Shown here piece after piece: positions 23,250 through 37,953 of a stretch of DNA of 64,000 bases (position 1 is its first letter; the number at the start of each line of letters is the position of its first letter). The notes below the pieces were generated by a model. It saw only the letters and a list, made by a program, of their open reading frames with translations. It made no database searches and had not been told where the DNA came from. Origin of the DNA: Octopus sinensis (lineage: Eukaryota); assembly GCF_006345805.1 (NCBI RefSeq), contig NC_043001.1, forward strand, positions 11,222,001-11,286,000. Reading direction: 5' to 3'. The position numbers were made by a program, and so were the translations under genes.

Positions 23250-23800
23250 GTCGATCGCTGACTTTTGAACGTCTTAGGCATTGGAAGAGAAATATGTCCC
23301 CATTCCAAGGACTGAGCCCTCGTTCTGGATTTTAAAGATACACCCAGGTTTCAGCTCCTGTTACCTGATCACAAACATGTGTCTCCCTTGACCTCGAATG
23401 CTTCCAGCAGATTAGAGCAGACGTCCATCTTACCTGAATTCAAATCTAATGTCAACTGACGGTACCCACCTTGCACTCTTTTTTCGATACCCAAAGTCCT
23501 CTACCATCTTTTGTAATGTACAGTGGCCACAGAATGGCTGTGCAACCATCTCACGGATTCGTTTGTCCACACGCAGATGGTTCATTGTAAGTGGTTGCAG
23601 TTGATAATCTTCCGCTACGTAGTTGGTCTTCAATGCAGTTTCTCCTTCTTTGAACTGAAGCCATCTGTACACGTTGCTCTTGTCAATGGCATCGACTCCG
23701 TCAATAACTTGCAGCATTCTGTTGATGTCAGATAGCTTTGTTATGAAGTGAATGTAGAAGCATGGTGCTTCTACTTGAAATTCATTATTTATTTGCAATG
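23250..23800 (-). pseudogene. mariner transposase relic
   Basis: IDKSNVYRWLQFKEGET..GYRKKSARWVP, followed by QVTGAETWV..QSLEW..KTFKSQRS. Matches mariner WVPHEL and first catalytic Asp regions. Confidence 0.85.
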
Positions 23801-23935
23801 AAGGCGAAAGGCAGAAGCGTTACAATAGAGGAAAAGTTACTCTGCCAATAAGTGTGTGTGTGTGTGTGTGTGTGTGAGGGGTTTCTTTCTCTCTCTCTCT
23901 CTCTCTCTGTCTCACTATCTATCTATTTATCTACC

Positions 23936-23985
<50 letters not shown>

Positions 23986-23997
23986 TTTTCTATCTGT

Positions 23998-24137
<140 letters not shown>

Positions 24138-24194
24138 GTCTGTGTCTGACTGTCTCTCTCTCTCTCTCTCTCTTTATATATATATATATATATA

Positions 24195-24561
24195 TATAAA
24201 GCTGAAGTTGTCTGTGTATGGCAGGTTTAGTAGCCTTCAACTAACATTATCTCCTCCGTGACCCTGCGGCGCAAGTTGACCAAAACTGAGAGTGTGATAG
24301 AAGAAGGCTTGCTCTTCCTTCCGAAGGACCATGTTAACACCAAAAATTATTTACATCAAAAAGGTGCTTTTTTTTCTATGAAAATCCCTAATTTTTTACG
24401 ATTTTTTGACTGCTGTGTCGCCATTTTTCGGTGTATTTCAACCAGAAAAATGTTCACTTAAAGAGAATAACAAGATACATAATGCAAAATTTTTACTTTT
24501 TCAAAAATTCCAATTCTAAAGGGTCGAAACAAACCCGAGCAACACCGGGCGATACTGCTAG
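24195..24561 (-). mobile_element. Helentron/DINE-like element H1
   Basis: Reverse complement of 21724-22115. Confidence 0.8.
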
Positions 24562-25349
24562 TATATATATATATATTTATATTTATATTTATATTTATAT
24601 ATACACACATATTACATACATATTGTGTGTGTGTGTGTGTAGCTGGAATAAAACACCAAATGTTATGCAACATATAAGTAGGAGTTCGGCGGTGGGGGCT
24701 ACGGAAGATATAATTTAACATTAGCAATTTCCATTGTAACAACTGATAAATTGTATTAGAGACACACTTTCTTTGAACGTTCCATCAGAATACAGCAGGA
24801 ATTTGAATAAGAAACGATCAGAATCCACTTCAATAGTCGACGAAGAAACGCTAGGAAAGAAAATTTGATTGTTGTTGCAAACTAAACACAAAAGATGCGA
24901 TTGAAATAATTTGGAGTAGGTTTTCCTGTCGATAGAGAGATTGCTTCATTAGGGAACGACATCAATGAGAAACAGCGAATGCCAAGCAGGAAACCCGGAA
25001 GGATGTGTGTCGATGCTGATGCTGATGCTGATGCTGCTGGTGGTGTTGATGATGATGATGATGATGGTTAGGAAGAAAACAAAATACAAACGAAATAGAT
25101 AATGATGGTGATGGTGATGCAGTTAAGGGAAATAATACCAAGAAGACCAATAGCAAAAAGAGACAATAGCAAAAAAAAAATGTAAATAATGCTAGCAATG
25201 ACAGCAAAGTCATCATATCAAGATATCTGTGGTATTCTGGAGAAAATTAAAACCCGAAACAAAACAGCCAAACAAATTAAATAACTACAGGAATAAATAA
25301 AGTGAAAAACAACAAAAAAAAAGCAAGAAATAAACATCCTTATATACAA

Positions 25350-25895
25350 ATCTACATACACACTTCCATACATACATGCATACACACACATACTTCCATT
25401 CATACATACATACAAACATACATACATACATACATACATGCATACATACACACACACATACACACATACATACATACATACATACATAGATACATACATA
25501 CATACAAACATACAAACATACATACATACATACACACACACATACATACATACACAGACACACATACTTCCATACAAACATACAAACATACATACATACA
25601 TACATACATGCATGCATACATACATACATACATACATACATACATACACACACACATCCATACATACAAACATACATACAAACATACATACATACATACA
25701 TACATACATACATACATACATACATACAACAAACAAATATACATACATACATACAGACAGACAGACAGACATACAGACAAACATACATACATACACACAT
25801 ACATACATACATACATACATACATACATACATACATACATACATACAGACAAACATACATACATACATACATACATACATACATACATGCATACA
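25350..25895. repeat. (CATA)n compound microsatellite
   Basis: Visible tetranucleotide tract. It generates the MYVC and HTYI pseudo-ORFs. Confidence 0.95.
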
Positions 25896-26071
25896 TGCTT
25901 AAGTACGTATTTACGTACGTACAAATACAGACAATGTTAAATGTTTTTCGTTTTTAAACGAGAAATATGCGTTGTCAGTTGATCCGGTATCGTCTTAAGG
26001 AAAACAGTCTCATTATTTAAATAATAATATAATAATAATAATAAAAATATAAAATCATAATGATAATAATG

Positions 26072-26111
<40 letters not shown>

Positions 26112-26119
26112 TAATAATG

Positions 26120-26155
<36 letters not shown>

Positions 26156-26174
26156 GTAATAATGATGATGATGG

Positions 26175-26240
<66 letters not shown>

Positions 26241-27486
26241 GCCTAGTGTACCCTTATCAGACGGGTAGTCATGATGGGTATACAGGGTATTCGTATATTT
26301 TACCCCAGTGTCATTTTGATGACATGCACTGCTCTCTCACTCAATAATAATAATAATAATGATGATGATGATGATGATGATGATAATAATAAACAGTTTG
26401 ATTCTGTTTCGAGGTAAAAGAAATCAGCCGACAATGTCAGCCAGCCTTGTTTATAACATCAATATATTTTGTATGACACACGTCGGTCAGCATCCTTCTT
26501 TCCTTCCTTCCTTCCTTCCTTATTAAAGCATCTCAGTCTCATCTCCAGCACCCTCTACATACCTCCTGTCTTTCCTCTTGCTTCCCCCGTTTCACCCGCA
26601 TCCGCCCACACACACCCAGAGAACTGCACCCCCATCTGGTTCTTAAGCACCCTCGTCCCTGTTCTTATTCTTTCTCCTTCTCATTCTTTCTCTCTCACTC
26701 TCTTAATGACTTTCCTCTCTCTCCGACCTCTCCTCTCTCAGATCTTCTGTGCATTCCTCTTTCTTTTGATGAAATATAAACTCCGAAACGTTAACACATC
26801 CAATTAATGCATTACACCAATAGTATTTTCTCTAAACATTTTCTTCCTGCGTTATATATTTTTAGAATTCCTTGTATTTAGTGTATACACACACACACCC
26901 ACACACCCACCCACACACCACCCACACACCCACATACACACACATATCTGTTATCTTGTAGTTGTTACAGTCATTAGACTGCGGCCATGCTGTGGCACTG
27001 TCCTGTAGAATATTTTAGTCGAGTGAATCAACCCCAGTACATATTTGTTTTAAAGCCTGGTACTCATTTCATTAGTCCCCTTTTCCGAACCACTAGGTTA
27101 CTTGGACGTAAATATACCAACACCAGTTGTCAAGTGGTGGTTGTAGTGGAACAAATAGAAACACAAAGACGCGCGCGCGCGCACATACTCACATGCGCAT
27201 ACACACATATACACGCATACACACACGCATATATGCACACACATATATACACAGGTTTCATTCAGTTTTTGTCTGCCAAATCCTCGCATAAGGCTTTGGT
27301 CGCCCTGAAGCTACACTAGAAGATAACCAACTACTTGACAGAACTGGGCATCAAAACGGCCCCTAAGGAGATCGGAGTTTTGAACTTCTTTGAAATTAAT
27401 AAATGTCTCTACCGAAAAGGTCTCTGGAATAACATATTCATATTATGTGATTTAAAATAACGAACAAACTACATAATCTCTCTCTA

Positions 27487-27860
27487 TATAAAGCTGAAGT
27501 TGTCTGTGTATGGCAGGTTTGGTAGCCTTCAACTAACACTATCTCCTCCGAGACCCTGCGGCGCAAGTTAACCAAAATTGAGAGTATGATAGAAGAAGAC
27601 TTGCTCTTCATTTCGTAGAAGAAAAAAATTCAAATCGGACCATGTTAACACCAAAAATTATTCATATCAAAAAGGTGCTATTTTTCTATGAAAATCCCTA
27701 TTTTTTACGATTTTTTGACTGCTATTTTTCGGTGTATTTCAACCAGAAAAATGTTCACTTAAAGAGAATAAGAAGCTACATAATGCAAAATATTTACTTT
27801 TCAAAATTTCCAATTCTAAAGGGTCGAAACAAACCCAAGCAACGCCGGGCGATACTGCTA
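27487..27860 (-). mobile_element. Helentron/DINE-like element H1
   Basis: Reverse complement of 21724-22115. Confidence 0.8.
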
Positions 27861-30242
27861 GTAATGAATAATCTTTATTTCCTTTGGATGGCATAACTGA
27901 TTCTAGAATCAATAATGCCTTCTTACGTATTTCGATAACGAATATGAGATACCTTGTTTTTTCTCCAAGGTTTATAACTAATGTTTTCATAGAAATTAAT
28001 TCGAAGCACGATCTTATGAATTTGTCACCTTTATATATTGTATTTATATGATGTCGAATGAAAGAATACCACTGAAAGTAGAACGTTTATCAGCGAAGGT
28101 TGGGTAAGAATGATCAAGAATTTACAGCCTCGCTATTTTCGATAACAAAACTCTTATCATTGCAAAATCTTCTAGTTTAATTATTGATCGGATATCGTAT
28201 GTCGTATTCTCTCAGCAGAAGATAAAGATTGAGTGTCAAAGGCTCGGAAATATCCATTTTGAAAAAAATGCATCTCTCATTGCAGTTTGCAGTGCAACTC
28301 TTTGAAGTAGTAATGGAATTGTTCGCTGAAATTTGGCTCATGGACGACTGAAGATTTTGGAAGTTCCATGGAAATTTGAATTTGATAATTAAGAATGGAG
28401 ATATGTGAGATTTGGGAATAATATGCTACAATTAAGTATATATTTTATAACGTATGCAAAGAAATCAATGAGGCGATTAAGTGAAGCTAAAGATTGATGG
28501 AGTTCAAAACTTCATTAATAGCTCACACCTTTTGGAATTTTGATCTAAGTGTATCACCTTTTTATAATGGAACCGAAACAGCGGTTTATTTTGAAGTGTA
28601 TTGACATGTTTGTTATTAAACTGAACATCAAAGATGTTAAATGCTTTTATGAAATTGGACAAGCTCTCGTTTTTGCATTGCCTCTTGCCGCAAATTATAA
28701 TGTTATCGAGATATAGAGGTTTTCTTAAAATTCCGATTTAAGATGAAAGTATTCATAATTCGTTGGAACATAAATACGATGTTGATCAATTCATAAGAAT
28801 GTCTGATGTATTTTGGAAAGGTTTCTCAGTGCTTTAAATGTTGTCAGACGGTGCTCCTAAGAAAGTATGGAACCTGTTGATAAGAACAACGGAACAACGA
28901 AGATCGAAAATAGAGAATTGAATTTTTGCGCAATATTTGAATAAAGATTATCAATCGATGACACAGGAAATGAATAGAAGTCAGTGTATTATTAATTGTT
29001 CTTGAATAATCGATAAGTTAGCGTCGCTTTGATTTTTCATTATTAACAAAACATTGAACATACCATGGGTTTCTCTACTCTCTTGAATAATTTCATCGTT
29101 TAGAGGACATTTCATTTCTTTCTGAATGACGTGTGTTCGTTAGGTTTCTGTGATTTTCTTACCGAAGACTTAGTCTTCTATCGACAACTTGATTTTACCG
29201 AAGAAGCTCTTTAATACATTGATAGACGTGAAAGACTACCTTTTAATTTTATAGCGAGACATTTTAATAGATGTATACGTCTGCCTTCTAATTTCATACT
29301 GAGAATTTCCAATATTACCATGTGTAGCTAAGGAGGCGAAATAGCAGAAACGTTAGCATTCCGGGAAAAATACTTAACGGTATTTCGTCTGCCTTTATGT
29401 TCTGAGTTCAAATTCCACCGAGGTCGACTTTGCCTTTCATCCTTTCGGGGTCGATTAAATAAGTACCAGTTACGCACTGAGGTCGAAATAATCGACTTAA
29501 TCCGTGTGTCTCTCCTTGTTCGTCCCCTCTGTGTTTAGCCCCTTGAGGGTAGTAAAGAAATAACTATTTCATCTGCCGTTACGTTCCGAGTTCAAATTCC
29601 GCCGAGTTTGACTCTGCCTTTCATCGTTTCGAGGTCGATAAAATAAGTACCCGTTGTGTACTGGGGTCGATGTAATTTACTTTCTACTTCCCTTTCCTCA
29701 GTGCAATTTGAGGGTCCAATTTGAAGCCATTATCATTGCGTGTAACAAATGTAAACGAAAATGGAAGAATTTTATTCCATAAGGATTTTGGAAATCGATT
29801 TATTTGATAGCATAAATATTTTTCATCTACTTTACATCATATCCTACTTTATTTGCTGCAAAAAAGTTATTTTTAATGAATGTGTAACCATAGCATTTTA
29901 CAAGATATCTATTAACCACAATTCAAAATTACTTTTATCCCAAGATAATATTCTTGAAAATATTGGAGATAAACACACACACACACACACACTTCTTTTC
30001 GTCATGAACCCGAAGGAAATGACATAATTTTTTAGTTGTATCTTTTCTTTGCATTCCTTATTATGACAGCTACGACAAACTGCAGTTCCAAAGCCGGTTT
30101 TTCTGCTGCTTGTTTTGGATACAAAGAATATGTGGAACGATCTTCTCTCGAACATGTAGAAATAATTAGGCCTGAAAAAACACGGACGATTTTGTTTTGC
30201 ACTTGATATAAACTAGATGCACTGAATACAAAGATGATATTA

Positions 30243-30410
30243 TGTACATTATTTACATTTTACAGATATTTGTCCTCATCTTGTTTGTTGTTAACACAAC
30301 GTTTTGGCTGATATACCCTCCAGCCTTCATCAGGTGTCTTGGGGAAATTTCGACCCTGGGTTCTCATTCCTAAGATATTTTTCGATGTTGTTGTTGTTAT
30401 TATTATTATT

Positions 30411-30443
<33 letters not shown>

Positions 30444-30670
30444 CAGGTCACTGCTTGGAATCGAACTCGGAATCTTGGGGTTAATAGCCCGCGCTTTTAA
30501 CCACTACGCCAAATGCCCTTAGAAATAAGAACCCAGTTTCGAAATTTCCCCAAAACACTTGACGAAGGCTGGAGAGTATATGAGCCGAAACATTGTGTTA
30601 ACAACAAAAGATGAGAACAAATATCTGTCAAATGTAAATAATGTAAACAATGTAAATAATGTACATAATT
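30243..30670 (-). mobile_element. SINE-D (30243-30518, -) with adjoining inverted tail-only copy (30519-30670, +)
   Basis: tRNA head ends at ~30517. It is followed immediately by AGAACCCAG..TTGACGAAGGCTGGAGAGTATATGAGCCGAAAC..GTAAATAATGTACATA on +. Confidence 0.85.
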
Positions 30671-31499
30671 CCTCATCTTTTAAACATAGAACAGACAATT
30701 TTGTTTCGCAGTTGATATACACTAGATGCACCGATCACAAAAATGATTTAAATGAATTTGCATTATTTATTGCTCCTTCAGTTGCGATTGGATTGGATTG
30801 CCCATATTCAGTCCACTGCAGGACGAAGTCCTCAGCATGTTCTGTCCACCAACCACGGTCTGATGTGTAGGCCGTGACTTTGAGCTTAAGATCATACTGG
30901 CTTGATGAGCCTACTCTACTACACTAGCTCAACATTGCTTGGCTGAGGCTTGCAGTTTGTTTTACTCATACCCAGGAGTAGTTAAGTCGATTCATCGACC
31001 CCAGTGTTTCACTGGTTCTTATTTTATCGACCACGAAGAGATGAAAGGCAAAGTCGACCTCGGCAGAATTTGAACTCAGAACATAACGGCAGACGAAATG
31101 CCACTAAGCATTTTCCCTGGCGTGTAAACGACTCTACCATCTCGCCACCAATTGCGACATATGTTTATTTCTTTATTGCCCACAAGGGGCTAAACACAGA
31201 GGGGACAAACAAGTACAGACAAACGGATTAAGCCGATTACGTCGACCCCACTGCGTAACTGGTACTTATTTAATCGACACCGAAAGGATGAAAGACAAAG
31301 TCGACCTCGGCGGAATTTTAACTCAGAACGTAGCGGCAGACGAAATACCACTAAGCATCTCGCCGCCCTTAGTGACCTATAATTCCTATAATAAGCAGCG
31401 AACTGCCAGAATCGTTAGCACGCAGGGCGAAAATGCTTAGCAGCATTTCGCCCGTTTCTACGTTCTGAGTTCAAATTTCGCCAAGGTAGACTTTGCGAA

Positions 31500-31690
31500 T
31501 CCAGGTAAAAAGATCAAAGGAAAGAATGTCACGGTAATAAAGTCATAGGAAATAAAGTCACTGGGATTTGCCCGGGGTGTGGTGGGGGTTTGTCCGAGGG
31601 GGTTTTGTCCGGATCCCATAAATTAATTGTAACTTTTTTTCTTATCCAAAATTGTGACTTTATTACTGTGACTTTTTTATTACCGGTCAT
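31500..31690. mobile_element. Palindromic MITE with subterminal repeats
   Basis: GGTAATAAAGTCA..AATAAAGTCAC is mirrored by GTGACTTTTATT..GTGACTTTTTTATTACC. Confidence 0.55.
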
Positions 31691-31750
31691 TAATCATTCT
31701 ATCAGCTCGCTACCAATTGCGATATATAGTATCTGTATAGATAAAATGCA

Positions 31751-31805
<55 letters not shown>

Positions 31806-32337
31806 TGAATGTAATTTATGCACGAACACAAATTAGCACGCATATCGCTCCAATTATAGGAGAAAATTCGTCATGACCCTTGCTGTATTTCGTCAACATA
31901 TTTTTACCAGAGGCACCAGCGAATAGCAGAAAAAAATCAATTTTCAACCAAAACTTTTAACAATTTTCAAGTCGGAGAAATCACCATTATTTGCAAACAG
32001 AAATTAAGTCCCTTTCTAGCGACGAGTAAGCTTTTGTTAAGACTTTTTTTTTCCATCGAGGAAAGAAGTGTTTTGTTGATATACGGGTAACACGCACACA
32101 CACACACATACACACACACACGCACATGTATGCAATAGGTGTACGTACATGTGTGTGTTGCCCATATATGTATATATATATATATATAGATATAGATAGA
32201 TAGATAGATATGAACCAATTTCAACGGATTTCGCTCAAATTTGATGTCGATGTTACTTAGTTTTGTTTGAAGTAAAGAACTTGATTAGCTTAATCCTAAC
32301 TTAATCCTGGACAAAGCCGGGCTATACTGCTAGTGTA

Positions 32338-32390
<53 letters not shown>

Positions 32391-32414
32391 CTCTCTATAT
32401 ATATATATATTGAG

Positions 32415-33460
32415 CGAGAGACCAACAAAACTCCTGGTAACACCAAAGACGAACTGAAAACAAGCACTACGGCAACATTCACCAACTTAAACAAGGTGAC
32501 CGTCCAGAAGAATTGCGGGACATTCCAAAGTTGTCAGGAGGCCGTGGTTGAAGCCAATGGCGATTTTATTGAATAAATTTACTCTTTAGTATTTCAAGAT
32601 GTTTTTATGCAGTTTTGGTAAATATATCTGTTAAAATGAGACGTCACTGTTATTTTAATTTTTGCGTAATTTAGACGACAGTTTATTCACCGCATCTTGT
32701 ATGTAATTCATTTTCGTTAAGATTCACGAGTGTACTAAAAACAACATCGTATTGATTATTTTCACTATTTACAAAACATTGAACACATGATGGGTTTCTG
32801 TTTTCTTGAATAACTCCGTCAACGCTGTTGTAAATGTTATTGTTATGAATTTAAATCTTGTCGCAAGATGGCTGATGCCGGTAGTGATACGTCCACACGC
32901 AATGTTGCTCCGATAACAAACATCGTCGGAGAGACAGAAGAAGCGGGTCAGAGAAAACGGTGGCAAAATGGCCGACCCAGACAGGTCAAGTAGAACAGAC
33001 AGCTAACAAAATTGAATAAAATTGCCTGACTGCATTATGTTATATTTGTTTTATTTTATAGATTGAACAAAAGCCAATTTTATTCTGTATAATATTTATT
33101 TTGATCTTCGACAGATCTATTCAATCTGTAACACAGAAAATAATATAATCTATAACCAGTTCACAACACTCTCTACTTAAACATAATAAAATATGTACAA
33201 CAGCAAATGGCCACCTGTTAGAATCGTTCGTCACTATGCCTCGGTCTTCAGCGGCGCAACCCTTTTACGGCTTTTGTACAGGATTATGGCAACATTCATC
33301 AACGTAATCAAAGCGACCGTCCACAAGAGTTGCGGGAGATTCCAAAGTTGTCAGGAGGCCGTGGTTGAAGCCAATGGCGATTTCATTGAATGAATTTACT
33401 CTTTAGTATTTCGAGGTGTTTTTATGCAGTTTTGGTAAATATATCTGTTAAAATGAGACG
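32415..33460 (+). mobile_element. Two Tc1/mariner 3'-end fragments (32415-32645 and 33285-33460)
   Basis: Both encode ..FQSCQEAVVEANGDFIE* and share the downstream ..GTTAAAATGAGACGT. Confidence 0.75.
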
Positions 33461-33857
33461 TGCGGGATTTATCGAGGGACATTCCGCTCGAACAAAGACA
33501 TGAGTCAAGTCTGCATATAAGGACGGTACCACCGCCATGTTGTCTTGTATTACAGAAATCTAGGTGGTAAACATCTAAAGGAACATAAAATTAACTGAGA
33601 CAAGATCGTGGGCCTACAGCGTCACATCTGAAGAAACAAATCTGTGCTTGCTATCATTGGTCGCTGGACTGAAAATCTTGCTAATGAGCCCAGGCTCCAG
33701 TTTGGCCCTTCAAGAAGAGAGCATTTGAGAAAGATCGTAACCCAGGAACTGGGTTAGAAACGGTTATTATTCTGCTTACACCATTTGAAAATTCGGTTGG
33801 ATCGGATGTGTTAATGCTTGACTTTAGAATCTGGCTTCACAAAATCTCTGAAGAAAT

Positions 33858-34196
33858 TTATTACCTCCGCCTTAGCGAAGGCGGTGGTATTGTTTTCAGT
33901 CGTGTTTATTTGTTTGTTTGTCTGTGGACAAGATATCTCAAGAACCGCTGGATGGATTCGGATGAAACATCCAGTGATGTTTGGCCTCGTGACTGGCACA
34001 AACTTAGTAGATTTTAGGATCGATCAGGTACCAGACAAGGATTCTGGATTATTTTTCCAGTTTTTTTTCCTTCTTAATTTTTGAGTAGTCGGGTTTATTT
34101 CAGATATTCTCATTTTAAAAATCCTCTCTGGCTGATCGTTGAGAAGTCGTTGGTGTTGCCTTGGCGGAGGTTTAGGCTCTCTGAGTGCGCGTGTAT
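33858..34196. mobile_element. Pearl/HINE-like non-autonomous element
   Basis: TTATTACCTCCGCC at the left, inverted GCCTTGGCGGAGGT and CTCTCTGAGTGC at the right, with a (TTTG)n microsatellite. Confidence 0.65.
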
Positions 34197-34256
34197 TTAT
34201 AATGTTGTTTGTTAATTGCATTTATAGCCCCAAAATGTTTGTATTTGTAAATTTAC

Positions 34257-35070
34257 TCTCTTTGTTTCAGTCATTTGACCGTGACTTTGCTGGAATACCG
34301 CCTTTAGTCGAGGAAATCTACCCCAGGACTTATTCTTTATAAGCCTAGTACTTATTCTATCGGTTCTTTTTGCCGAACCGCCAAGTTACGGGGACGTAAA
34401 CACACCAGCATCAGTTGTCAAGCGATGTTGGGGGGGGGGGGCAAATACACACACACATACATACATATTTATATATATATATATATATATACATATATAC
34501 GACGGGCTTCTTTCAGTTTCCGTCTACCAAATCCACTCACAAGGCTTTGGTTGGCCCGAGGCTATAGTAGAAGACACATGCCCAAGGTGCCATGCAGTGG
34601 GACTGAACCCAGAACCAAGTGGTTGGTAAGCAAGCTACTTACAACACAACCACTATATTTATGTAGCACAAGGTGCAGGAGTGGCTGTGTTGTAAGAAGT
34701 TTGCTTCCCAACCACTTGGTTCTGGGTTCAGTCCCACCGCGTTGCACCTCGGGCTAGTGTTTTCTCCTATATCCCCAAGTCGACCAACGCCTTATGAACT
34801 GATTTGGTTGACGGAAACTGAAAGAAGCCCGTCTTATATAAATATGTGTGAGTCTTTGTGCCTGTGTTTGTCCCTGCCTCACCGCCTGACAACTGCTGTT
34901 GGTTTGTTGATGTCTCTATAACTTAACGATACCGCAAATGACCGATAGAACAAGGAGCGGGCTTTAAAAAAACAAGTGCTGGGTGTCGATTCATTCGACT
35001 AAAAATTCTTCAAGACTGCTCCAGAATGGCCGCACTCTAATGACTGAAACAAATTAAAGATAAAAGATAC
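34257..35070. mobile_element. Head-to-head inverted pair of full SINE-B copies
   Basis: 34257-34654 (-) and 34680-35070 (+), heads separated by ~25 bp. Confidence 0.85.
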
Positions 35071-36239
35071 GACGCAAAATCCAGAAATTCTTCTCACCTT
35101 CCTGATTTGTGAACAATTGATCTCATTTGGGGAACGGTTTCTGCCATCAGCCGTGTCAGTGATGAAGATAGGTTCACAAATTTTATTCGATAGGAATCAG
35201 TGGAGAGACTTTCTCTGTTTAGTTTCTATGGCATAGGAAGTTGCGAATTATAAAGTTAAAACAATATTTATAGTTCGGCCTAAGGCAGTAAGCTGGCAGA
35301 ATCGTTAGCACGCCGGGCGAAATGCTTAGCTGTATTTCGTCTGTCTATACGCTCTGAGTTCAAATTCCGAGGTCGACTTTGCCTTTCATCCTTTCGGGGT
35401 CGATAAATTAAGTACCAGTTGCGTTCTGGGGTCGATGTAATCGACTTAATACCCTTGTCTGTCCTTGTTTGTCTCCTCTATGTTTAACCCCTTGTTGGAA
35501 ATAAAGAAATAAGAATCGTTAGCACGCCGGCGAAATGCTTAGCTGTATTTCGTCTGTCTATACGCTCTGAGTTCAAATTCCGCCGAGGTCGACTTTGCCT
35601 TTCATCCTTTCGGGGTCGATAAATTAAGTACCAGTTACATACTGGGGTCGATCTAATTGACTGGACCCCTCCCCAAAATTTCGGTCCTTGTGCCTAGAGT
35701 AGAAAAGAATGTCTCTACGCCATCCTCGTATATTTATTTAGGCGGTGAGCTGGCAGAATCGTTAGCATGCGGAACAAGTTGTTTAGCAGCATTTCATCTG
35801 TCTTATCATACTAAGTTCAAATGCCGCAGAAGTCAATTTTTGTTTTTCATCCTTTCGGGGTCGACTAAAAGATAGAAAAAAAATCAGAAATATCTGCATT
35901 GTAATCGAATGGTACTTTTTCTTTAATTTCAGATTTTGTACCAATATTTCCTGGCATTCCGTCGGTGACGGCGACGAGTGATTCAGTGGATCCGAACAAC
36001 GGGACAGCGTGCACATGAAATCAAAATGTAAAATGGTTGAACATTCCACAGACAACACCCGTACCCATAACGTAGCTCTCAGAGAGATTCAGCGCATCAC
36101 AAAATGCGACGAAGTTCGCCCTTCGAAATACAGGTACAACTGATTTTAACCAACTGATTGGAGTGGAGCAATATGAAATAAAAAATATCTTGCTGTGGAA
36201 CATAACTCGTCACCGAGTATCGAATTCACGATCACGAGT

Positions 36240-36832
36240 CGAATACCTATTTCTTTACTACCCACAAGGGGCTAAACACAGAGAGGACAAACGGATTAAG
36301 TCGATTATATCGACCCCAGTGCGTAACTGGTACTTAATTTATCGACCCCGAAAGGATGAAAGGCAAAGTCGACCTCGGCGGAATTTGAATTCAGAACGTA
36401 GCGGCAGACGAAATACCTATTTCTTTACTAGCCACAAGGGGTAAACATAGAGAGGACAAACAAGAACAGACAAACGGATTAAGTCGATTATATCGACCCC
36501 AGTGCGTAACTGGTACTTATTTATCGACCCTGAAAGGATGAAAGGCAAAGTCGACCTCGGTGGAATTTGAACTCAGAACGCAGATGCAGACGAAATACCT
36601 ATTTCTTTACTACCCACAAGGGGCTAAACACAGAGAGGACAAACAATGACAGACAAACGGATTAAGTGGATTACATCGGCCCCAGTGCGTAACTGGTACT
36701 TATTTCATCGACCCCGAAAGGATGAAAGGCAAAGTCGACCTCGGCGGAATTTGAACTCAGAACGTAGCGGCAGAAGAAATACCGCTAAGTATTTCGTCCG
36801 GCGTGCTAACGTTTCTGCCAGCTCGCCGCCTT
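36240..36832 (-). mobile_element. SINE-A trimer
   Basis: One head at 36832 and three ~180 bp units. Similar multimers at 35283-35710, 48465-48835, 54415-54790, 56290-56830 and 57160-57640. Confidence 0.85.
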
Positions 36833-37220
36833 ATGGCGAGACGAATACCGTTACCACTTACCCACGCACCTTCAATACCAAGATTGCAAAGAATTATTCA
36901 ATTCACTAACGGGAAAAAAGACTACTCTTACGACGGTTGCACTTAAAGGCTAAATATAATTCCAGTAATACAATTAGTCATGCATTGGGTTTAATGTCAC
37001 AAAGCGATCAAATATTTGCTTTAAAAGGGCGCTCAAAACACAGAAATAACCAAATGACTAAATCACGTTTATGACTATGGATGTTGCGAAGAGTAGGCTT
37101 CAAAGCTGCCAGTAAATGGTCGGCTTTGGTAAATAGTCAATACAGACAGTTTAAAAGGAGAATAATTTGGTTTACAAATGGATTTATTCTATTTCCGTAG
37201 AACTATGTCTATGGACATAT

Positions 37221-37273
<53 letters not shown>

Positions 37274-37435
37274 TATATATACATATTTATTCTGGTACTT
37301 GACTGAGCAAAGAAGGCAACGATTGACACGTCTTTTTTACTTGTCCTTCTAATTGTTTTTTCTCTTGTCCGCCTTTGTATCGTCTATCTGTCCGAAAATT
37401 TTTTATTGTCTTCTATTGTGTTTTGGTTCCAATTA

Positions 37436-37529
<94 letters not shown>

Positions 37530-37533
<4 letters not shown>

Positions 37534-37895
37534 TATTCAGTATCGCCTGCTTGGTTTGTTTCAACCCTTAGAATTGGAATTTTTGAAAAGTAAAAATTTG
37601 CATTATGTCGCTTGTTATTCTCTCTAAGTGAACATTTTTCTGATTGAAATAAACCGAAAAGTGGCGACACAGCAGTAAAAAAATCGTAGAAAAAAGGCAC
37701 CTTTTTGATGTAAATAATTTTTGGTGTTAACATGGTCCAATTTGAATTTCTTTTCTACGGAACGAAGAGTAAGCCTTCTTCTATCATACTCTCAATTTTG
37801 GTCAACTTGCGCCGCAGGGTCTCGGAGGAGATAGTGTTAGTTGAAGGTTACCAAACCTGCCATACACGCACAGACAACTTCAGCTTTATATATAG
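37530..37895 (+). mobile_element. Helentron/DINE-like element H1
   Basis: Matches 21724-22115. Confidence 0.8.
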
Positions 37896-37953
37896 AGAGA
37901 TACAACGATATAGCAGCAGTGAATACTGGACTGAAGGTCTATGTCGTGAAAGC

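Noticed and set aside
27900-29330. Possible hAT transposase relic (SDGAP-like at ~28846)
   Set aside because: Too degenerate; strand and frame could not be fixed.
32867-32992. ATG-initiated exon MADAGSDTSTRNV...
   Set aside because: Short, with a weak donor, and lies between transposon fragments; no supporting partner exon.
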